A stretch of 64,000 bases of DNA, taken from assembly GCA_026004535.1 (NCBI GenBank), contig BPJI01000001.1:431424-495423 (forward strand), written 5' to 3'. The position numbers and the translations under genes were made by a program. The DNA is from Candidatus Parcubacteria bacterium (lineage in GTDB: Bacteria > Patescibacteriota > Minisyncoccia > UBA6257 > HR35). Below the pieces are notes generated by a model that was not told where the DNA came from, made no database searches, and saw only the letters and a program-made list of their open reading frames with translations. How positions within the stretch are numbered: position 1 is the first letter of the stretch; every line of letters starts with the position of its first letter. Positions 57,585 through 64,000 of the stretch are shown in pieces.

Positions 57585-58271
57585 TTAATACCACTTAGCT
57601 AAAATTACTTCAATGTTTTTATTTTCTTTCTCAACTAATTCCTTAAATTTATTAACATCACTAAAACCATTTTCACCTCGATAATGATAAGGGTAAATTT
57701 TTTTCGGCTGAAATTCTAAAACTACTGAAACTGCCTGCTCAACATCCATTGTATAAGGTAAATTCATTGGCACAAAAGCAAGATCAATATTTTTTAAATT
57801 TTTCATTTCAGGAATATCTTCAGTATCACCGGCAATATAAACTCGAAAATCATCTTTCTCAATTAAATAACCATTACCTCTTCCTTTAGGATGAAATTGT
57901 GATCTTTCAGGAGTTAGATTATACATTGGTAAAGCTGTAACTTTAAAATCATTCCAATTCATTTCTTCTTCGTTATTTAAAATTTTTGCTTTAGGCTTTA
58001 ATTTTTCTAAAAGATCATCATAAACTGCTTTTGGTACAATCAGATCAAAATCACCTTTTTGGCTTAAACTTTCCAAAACATTATTATCTAAATGATCGAA
58101 ATGAATATCAGTAATTAAAACTAAATCAGGTTTTGGTTTATCTTCATATAATTTTTTATCCCAAGCAGGATCAACATAAATAATCTTTCCGCCCCAATCT
58201 AAAATAAAAGAAGCATGATAAATTGGAATAATTTTTGGTTCCATAAATAAATTATAAACAAAAAGGAACAA
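57585..58271 (-). CDS. MBL-fold metallo-hydrolase
   Basis: ITDIHFDHLD, the HxHxDH zinc motif. Confidence 0.7.
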   Translation of the reverse strand: MFLFVYNLFMEPKIIPIYHASFILDWGGKIIYVDPAWDKKLYEDKPKPDLVLITDIHFDHLDNNVLESLSQKGDFDLIVPKAVYDDLLEKLKPKAKILNNEEEMNWNDFKVTALPMYNLTPERSQFHPKGRGNGYLIEKDDFRVYIAGDTEDIPEMKNLKNIDLAFVPMNLPYTMDVEQAVSVVLEFQPKKIYPYHYRGENGFSDVNKFKELVEKENKNIEVILAKWY

Positions 58272-58330
58272 AAATAAAGTAGTTCAATTTTATTTTGATT
58301 TGAAAAGAAATCACTTTTAAAGATGACAAT

Positions 58331-59305
58331 CTATAAGTGATCCTCTTTAATCAAATTTTTAAATTCTTCAATTAGAATAACTCTTTCAGGATCTTGAGAA
58401 TAATAAAGAGCTAAATAATAACTTGTCCAATCTGCTAAAATTAATGAATTAAAAATTTTATGAAAAACAGAGACTCCCTCGAGATTTATAATTTCTATCT
58501 TAAAACCGTGTTCAGTAAATATTTTCTCAAAAACCTCCATTCTTTTTTGAATTTTTGGCTGATCATCTTTATCTTTTAAAATAATAAAATAAAATTTTTC
58601 AATTAGTTCTTTGATCTCAAAACCAGCCATTTCGTTATGATTTAATTCTGGAAAAACATTATAAAAAGAAGGAATCTTACTAGTTTCATTAAATTTAATT
58701 TTCCAATTATAAGCAAGACAGATATTTTCAGTTGAAGAATAAATTATTGGAATATAACCCTTAATTTTCTCTGCTAATTCCTTCCCCTTCTCTTTATATT
58801 CTTCTGGTTTAAGTAAATCTTTTAATTCATCTAATTCTTTTGATAGATCATCGCGACCAATTAATTTAACAATAGCTTTCAAATTAAATCCTAGAGCAGA
58901 ACGTGGTTGAAGTCCTATATCTGGCATTTGAATATAAGGCAAATTATATTCTTTAGCAAGTTCAATCAATTTACCATTAGTCGAAACAACTGCCACAGTT
59001 AATTTTTTTGCAATTGCTTCTAAAAGAAAATCTATTGTTTCTTCAGTATTACCAGAATAAGAATTAGCAATTAAAAGTCTTTCTTTTAAATCTTCTTCAT
59101 TTATTTTAGGCAAACCGTAGTCTCGATGAATGAGTATATCAAGATAAGGATCTCTAATTTTAAGTAAATCAGCAGCTAAATTAGAACCACCCATCCCAGC
59201 AATAACAAATTTAGAAAATTTAGTTCTTATTTTATCTTCATTTTCAATTTTTGGTTCGTAATAAAACTGTTGATTAAAATTTTTTATTACCTCATAAAAA
59301 TTCAT
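58331..59305 (-). CDS. bifunctional phosphoglucose/phosphomannose isomerase (archaeal-type SIS-domain PGI/PMI)
   Basis: GMGGSNLAADLL SIS motif and PGI/PMI family length. Confidence 0.7.
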   Translation of the reverse strand: MNFYEVIKNFNQQFYYEPKIENEDKIRTKFSKFVIAGMGGSNLAADLLKIRDPYLDILIHRDYGLPKINEEDLKERLLIANSYSGNTEETIDFLLEAIAKKLTVAVVSTNGKLIELAKEYNLPYIQMPDIGLQPRSALGFNLKAIVKLIGRDDLSKELDELKDLLKPEEYKEKGKELAEKIKGYIPIIYSSTENICLAYNWKIKFNETSKIPSFYNVFPELNHNEMAGFEIKELIEKFYFIILKDKDDQPKIQKRMEVFEKIFTEHGFKIEIINLEGVSVFHKIFNSLILADWTSYYLALYYSQDPERVILIEEFKNLIKEDHL

Positions 59306-61921
59306 TTATTTAATTTTAATTTTAATAAACTTATAAATTTCTCCAATTATTAAAACTATTGAGCTTAAAGCTAAAATTATAAAAAATTCAAACATGGTTA
59401 TTTCTGAAAAACCTAAAATTAGACGAGCCGTTGGGTTAAAGATAATAAAATATTGTAAAAATAAAGAAAGTAGTACTCCCAAAACTACGTATGGATTTAA
59501 TTTAAAGCTTAGCTTAAAAATACTTTGATTAAACGATCTTAAATTTAAAGCATTATAAATTTGGGTTAAGCTCATTATTAAAAAAGCATACGTTCTTGCT
59601 TTGTCTAAATCTATTAAATATTCACTGCTAAAAATTAAGACAGTGAGTATCATCATTATTGAAGCCATCATTAAAAGAAATGGTAATAAGTCAAAGGTTA
59701 TTAATGATTCTTTAGGATTTCTAGATTTTGACTGAAGTTCATAACCATGTTCTTTTTCGAATGCTAGAGTTGTTCCAACTAAAGTATCGGTGACAAAATT
59801 TAAAAATAAAATATGAGTTGGTTTTAAAATAAAAGGAAAGCCCAAAATAAAAGATGTTAAAATTGTTAAACTCTCAGCAACATTAGTTGTAATTAAAAAG
59901 AAAACAACCCTTTTGAGATTATTGAATATTTTCCTTCCTTCGATTATACCTGAAAGTAAACTTTCCAAATTATCATCCACTAAAATAATATCGCTAGCCG
60001 ATTTAGCAATTTCTGAACCGCGCCTACCCATACAAACTCCCACTTCAGCTTTTTTCAAACTTAAAACATCATTAACGCCATCGCCAATATAAGTAACTGA
60101 ATAACCTAATTTTTGATAAAGTTCTAAAATTTTAAGTTTAGTTTCAGGAGTTATTCGAGCAAAAATATAAGTATCCTTTAAGATTTCTTTTAATTTTTCA
60201 TCTGACAGGTTCTTAATTTCCTCTTCATCAACTGCATTTACTTTTTCAAAGCCGATTTCTTTGGCAATATAAACTGCTGTGGCTTTATGATCCCCAGTTA
60301 AAATTCTAATATCAATTCCAGCAGATTTTAATTTTTGAATAGTCTCCTTAACTCCCTCTTTAGGAGGGTCATATAAACCAATTAAACCAACAAAAATTAA
60401 ATTTTCTTCTCTTTCTCCTTCGTTGTAAGCAGCAGCTAGGATACTAAAACCATTATTAGCATATTCAACAGCCTTATTTAATATTTCCTCTTTATTTTCA
60501 AATTCCTTTACTCCTTCATAAGTTAAAACGTAATTACATTGATTAATTATTTTTTCGAAAGCACCTAAATAGTAAGATTCAATTCTTTCATGTTCCACTA
60601 TAACTCTTTTATGTTTTTTAATTCTCGAAAATGGTTCTCTTTTTTTGATCTTTTCTTTAGCCAAAATCTCTTCTCGCTTGAGTCCTGATTTTTCTAATAA
60701 AACAAGCAAAGCAATATCCCTGGGGTTTCCCTTAAATTTTACCTCATCATCTTTAACAATTTCACCTTCACTAACAATAGCGCAAATATTTAAAAGTTTT
60801 ATTAAAGGATAATTTTCAAAAATATTTATTTCCCTTTCGTCTTTTAAAAATTTTCCTTCTAAACTATGCCCCTCACCAGTAATTTCAATTTCTTCATTAT
60901 TAACAAAAATCTTTCTTGCAGTCATGACATTTTCAGTTAAAGTACCAGTTTTATCGGAAAGAAGAAGATTAATAACTGATAAATTTTCAGTTGCTTGTAA
61001 ATTTTTTACTAAAACATTTTTCTTATATAAAGCATAAGCGCTAACAACAAGTAAAACAGTAATTATTACTGGTAAGCCTTCTGGAATTGAAGAAACAAAG
61101 GATGACAAAACAAAAAGCAAACTTTCTGACCAAAGATAATGTCTTTGAAAAGCAAAATAAAAAATTAAAATCGAAGTTGAAAGCGCAATCAAAATCATTC
61201 TTAAAATCAAATCTTTAGAAAGTTTTTCAAAGTGAGGAGCAAATTGTTCTATTTTCTTAAATTTTTCATAAATTTTACCAATATAAGTTTTAAGACCTGT
61301 TGCTACTACAATTCCTTTCCCCTTTCCTTCGACAACATAACTTCCCATAAAACCGATATTCTTCATTTCAGAAATTGGAGTATTTTCAGACAAAACTTTA
61401 ATATCTTTTTCAACTGGCAAGGACTCACCAGTTAAAATTGATTCATCAACCTTTAAATTTTCCACTTCAAATAATCTTAAATCAGCTGGGATAATATCTC
61501 CTTCTTCAATATAAACAACATCACCAGGAACTAAATTTTCAGCTTCAATTTCAACTAATTCCTTATTGCGTAAAACTTTTGCTTTTGGTTTTAAAAGATC
61601 TTTTAATTTCCCCAAAGTTTTTTCTGTTCGAAGTTCAAAAAAGAAACCAATAAAAGCATTGACTAAAATTATTAAAACAATCACAAAAGAATCAGTAAAT
61701 TTACCCAAATACAAAGTTAAAATTAGAGCAAAAAATAAAACTATATTAAAAATATTTTTAAATTGCTTTAAGAAAATATTGAATAAAGATTTCTTTTCTT
61801 CAGGTAAAATATTTTTGCCATATTTATTTAATCTTTCTTTTACTCTTTCACTACTTAAACCATCAAATTCGGAATCAAATTCATCTATGACTTTTTCAAT
61901 TTCCCACGAATGGTAAATCAT
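59306..61921 (-). CDS. cation-transporting P-type ATPase (type II, Ca2+/Mg2+-like)
   Basis: DKTGTLT phosphorylation motif, TGDHKATA, GDGVNDVLSLKKAEVGVCMG, and 8-10 TM helices. Confidence 0.85.
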   Translation of the reverse strand: MIYHSWEIEKVIDEFDSEFDGLSSERVKERLNKYGKNILPEEKKSLFNIFLKQFKNIFNIVLFFALILTLYLGKFTDSFVIVLIILVNAFIGFFFELRTEKTLGKLKDLLKPKAKVLRNKELVEIEAENLVPGDVVYIEEGDIIPADLRLFEVENLKVDESILTGESLPVEKDIKVLSENTPISEMKNIGFMGSYVVEGKGKGIVVATGLKTYIGKIYEKFKKIEQFAPHFEKLSKDLILRMILIALSTSILIFYFAFQRHYLWSESLLFVLSSFVSSIPEGLPVIITVLLVVSAYALYKKNVLVKNLQATENLSVINLLLSDKTGTLTENVMTARKIFVNNEEIEITGEGHSLEGKFLKDEREINIFENYPLIKLLNICAIVSEGEIVKDDEVKFKGNPRDIALLVLLEKSGLKREEILAKEKIKKREPFSRIKKHKRVIVEHERIESYYLGAFEKIINQCNYVLTYEGVKEFENKEEILNKAVEYANNGFSILAAAYNEGEREENLIFVGLIGLYDPPKEGVKETIQKLKSAGIDIRILTGDHKATAVYIAKEIGFEKVNAVDEEEIKNLSDEKLKEILKDTYIFARITPETKLKILELYQKLGYSVTYIGDGVNDVLSLKKAEVGVCMGRRGSEIAKSASDIILVDDNLESLLSGIIEGRKIFNNLKRVVFFLITTNVAESLTILTSFILGFPFILKPTHILFLNFVTDTLVGTTLAFEKEHGYELQSKSRNPKESLITFDLLPFLLMMASIMMILTVLIFSSEYLIDLDKARTYAFLIMSLTQIYNALNLRSFNQSIFKLSFKLNPYVVLGVLLSLFLQYFIIFNPTARLILGFSEITMFEFFIILALSSIVLIIGEIYKFIKIKIK

Positions 61922-62047
61922 AAAATTATTATAACTAATATTAATAATTATAATATTAGGATAATCTAATTGAAATTTTTAGTGAAGTTTGAATCTTTCC
62001 AAATAAAAATTTTCTCTGGAGTGAAAGCCAATGATTTCTTTGTATTT

Positions 62048-62353
62048 TCACTTTATTGCCTCTTTCAACCACTTCAAGTATTTTTCATTAACTTTATCAA
62101 TTTTAATTTTCAAAATACATGGCACTGAATAAGGATGAATTTTTTCAACAACTTTCTTTATTTTTTTATAATTTTTCTCCAAAGTTTTAACGATTAAAAT
62201 ATATTCTTTATCTTTAACAATTTTTCTTTGCCACCAATATAAACTTTCAATCGGAAAAATATTAGCGCAACCAATAAGTCTTAACCTCAAAAGCTCTTGA
62301 GAAATTCTCAAAGCAGTTTTTCGATTGGGATTAGTTATATAAACAAATATCAT
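62048..62353 (-). CDS. cutA: divalent-cation tolerance protein CutA
   Basis: 101 aa matching the CutA1 pattern (IFPIESLYWWQRKI ... HPYSVPCILKI ... YLKWL). Confidence 0.7.
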   Translation of the reverse strand: MIFVYITNPNRKTALRISQELLRLRLIGCANIFPIESLYWWQRKIVKDKEYILIVKTLEKNYKKIKKVVEKIHPYSVPCILKIKIDKVNEKYLKWLKEAIK

Positions 62354-63274
62354 CTAAGTTTATTTAAAACTTGTTCAATTATTCCTATCAATGATCTTAC
62401 TGCGCTTCCACAATTTACAACAAAAACATTTTTATCATATTCATAGATCAAGGGTTTTTTATTAGTTGCATCATAGCCCCAAAGAATTTTTTCAACCTCT
62501 GCTTTTTTCAAAAATGGCAAAACATCGCCTAGGCCCATCGAAAGTAAATCGTTAAAATAATCTTCAGGTTTTGGTTCTAAACTATGTTCAATAATTTCTT
62601 CTTGGCCCAAAACTATTCTATAGCCATAATCAAATTTTTTTAAAAAGTAATAGATAATGCCGTCCTTAAATCTTATTATTGTATGTGGTATTTTAAGTTG
62701 CTCCTCTTTAACTTCTAAATTTAAAACAAAAAGCTGTCTTTTCTCGATTTCAATTGGAACATCAAGATATTCTTTATTTTTATAACCCATGGCAAAGATA
62801 ACTTTATCAGCTAAAAATTCTCCGTTGTTCGTAATTATTTTATAAATTTCACCATCTTTTTCAATCTTTTGAAATTCAGTCGAATTAAAAATTTCAACAC
62901 CGTTTTCTTTAGCTACTTTTTTAAAATAATTCACTAACTTGCCTCCAGCAATATTTATACTCGGCACAAAAACTCCTTTATGAACAAAGAAATAATTATC
63001 TTCAATCAAATTTAAATCAACTTTATCTTTAAGGCTCAAAATAAATTCAGCAGTTTTTCTTGTATTTTCTCTTATTTCTTCATCTTCAAAATACCATCTA
63101 ATACTTCCACCAGCATTAATATAAGCAAGTCCATCATCAATCTCTGGTTCTTTTTGCAATAAGAGCAATTTTGTTTAAATTAAATTTATTTTTATCTTGA
63201 GAAATAAAATAAGCAACACCTGAACCAATTGGACCACCGCCAACTATTATTAAGTCATATTTTAAATTTGTCAT
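62350..63274 (-). pseudogene. FAD-dependent oxidoreductase (DAO-like), frameshifted near its N-terminus
   Basis: The ATG at 63274 gives MTNLKYDLIIVGGGPIGSGVAYFIS (GxGxxG), which runs into TGATGA after ~45 codons. The remaining 272 aa continue in another frame (ORF 62350-63168, which starts at TTG). Confidence 0.5.
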
Positions 63275-64000
63275 ATTTTATTAGAACTTTATTTATTGAT
63301 CCGAATTTTTTAAAATCACTAATTAATATTTTACTAAAATTCCATTTTTTCTTTAAAACTTCAAATAGATATTTTAAATATTTTCTTTCTTCATTGTTTT
63401 TAATAATTTTATAACAGGTAGATAAAACCTCATAAGCACCATCATAAATTAAATTATCATCAAAACCATATTTAGCTGATAACTCCATTAATTTTTCATC
63501 TGACCATTCTGCTCTACCCTTTAAATTATTTTCTAAAATCAGACCCTTTAAAAGAACCAAAAGACCTTTATAAATTTTGATATCCCAAATAGTATCAATA
63601 GCCTTAAATTCAACTCTGCCTCTTTCAGCATCTATTCTATTTTTGCCTAAAATCCATTTATCAGAATATCTTGAGATTAAATTATTATCACTGACGAAAC
63701 CAACTGCTGATGGCCTTAATTTTGAACGAAAATAAATTCTAACCGAATAACCATCCCATAATTTACCTTTATAAAATGGCGAAGAAAAAGTAAAAGGCAC
63801 AATAAAAGGAGCATAATAATTAAGTTTCAAAACAATATCTAGAATGTCTTTGTCATTTAATTCAGGAAAAGAAATGTTTAAATCAGGCCCAAAAGTAAGT
63901 AAAGCAAAAGGCGCAGTTTTTCTTCCTGGATCTTCTTTTCTTAATTTTTTCTCATAAGAATGGAGTTTAATTTTTATACCCACTCTATCTAAATACGGAT
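63255..64000 (-). CDS. carboxylate-amine ligase, GCS2/YbdK-like (partial; continues beyond the window end)
   Basis: RVEFKAIDT resembles the GCS2 RxEfRxxD motif. The ORF is still open at the window edge. Confidence 0.45.
   Translation of the reverse strand, partial: PYLDRVGIKIKLHSYEKKLRKEDPGRKTAPFALLTFGPDLNISFPELNDKDILDIVLKLNYYAPFIVPFTFSSPFYKGKLWDGYSVRIYFRSKLRPSAVGFVSDNNLISRYSDKWILGKNRIDAERGRVEFKAIDTIWDIKIYKGLLVLLKGLILENNLKGRAEWSDEKLMELSAKYGFDDNLIYDGAYEVLSTCYKIIKNNEERKYLKYLFEVLKKKWNFSKILISDFKKFGSINKVLIKYDKFKI

Noticed and set aside
5084-61916. Numerous short ORFs lying inside larger genes (1870-2070, 5084-5314, 8234-8458, 9097-9294, 9763-9972, 10108-10305, 13458-13658, 17170-17373, 18826-19014, 21984-22175, 23984-24175, 30197-30388, 33689-33970, 38728-38910, 42094-42300, 44555-44782, 45349-45570, 47639-47869, 51767-51952, 52737-53189, 61232-61435, 61566-61916).
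   Set aside because: They overlap well-supported genes, mostly on the opposite strand, and have the K/F/L/I-rich low-complexity composition expected from AT-rich sequence. No homology supports them.
1-64000. Genetic code 25 or 4 (UGA as Gly or Trp), suggested by in-frame TGAs at 9330 and 46058.
   Set aside because: TGA terminates cca, mltG and znuC at positions consistent with homolog lengths. Long conserved ORFs (pepN 926 aa, ppsA 790 aa, the P-type ATPase 871 aa, uvrB) contain no internal TGA, which is very unlikely in a UGA-sense organism. The two cases are better explained as a nonsense mutation or pseudogene. Genome-wide counts are needed for certainty.

Overview
AT-rich (~28-30% GC), gene-dense bacterial window with mostly small housekeeping genes. 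Its content fits a reduced-genome, CPR/Patescibacteria-like lineage: archaeal-type bifunctional PGI/PMI, split transketolase, a pilin with a LamG domain, a DUF87/TraG-like ATPase, and a BpsA-like polyamine enzyme. TGA looks like a stop codon here (code 11): it ends cca, mltG and znuC, and long conserved genes contain no internal TGA. Recognised genes: cca, tRNA-Gly(CCC), speH, uvrB, a phosphohexomutase, mltG, znuA, znuC, znuB, rmuC, gap, relA/spoT, pheS, pheT, nth, rimP, a NUDIX hydrolase, an rlmD-like methyltransferase, a VanY-like M15 peptidase, tktA/tktB halves, truB (fused to an acylphosphatase domain), pepN, mscS-like, tRNA-fMet, fpg, yjbQ, a SIMPL protein, bpsA-like, yerC-like, a DUF72 pseudogene, an MGMT-YrdC fusion, cysS, ndh, eno, ppsA, a 2-hydroxyacid dehydrogenase, corA, VKOR, an MBL hydrolase, PGI/PMI, a P-type ATPase and cutA. 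The most striking feature is a large family of short-word repeat elements. Each is an array of 6-8 nt words (ccggat, cacggat, acggaa, cagaac, ctgcg, cagctgc, ggttc, cgtgtagac), usually a direct block followed by an inverted block, phased at about 11-13 or 21-24 nt. They fill many intergenic regions. They are also inserted in frame, with no stop codons, inside conserved housekeeping genes (eno, pepN, pheT, the phosphohexomutase, NUDIX, ndh, truB, rimP), where they encode low-complexity peptide loops. This recalls Rickettsia palindromic elements but with a different modular architecture. Other notable items: a ~1.9 kb cassette carrying a pilin-LamG gene that splits the znuABC operon, flanked by ~46-bp direct repeats and 22-nt palindromes, with an in-frame TGA in the pilin gene; a tandemly duplicated, mosaic cell-surface FN3-PKD protein cluster; a TruB-acylphosphatase fusion; an MGMT-YrdC fusion; and a perfect 42-nt palindrome upstream of a TrpR/YerC-like regulator.
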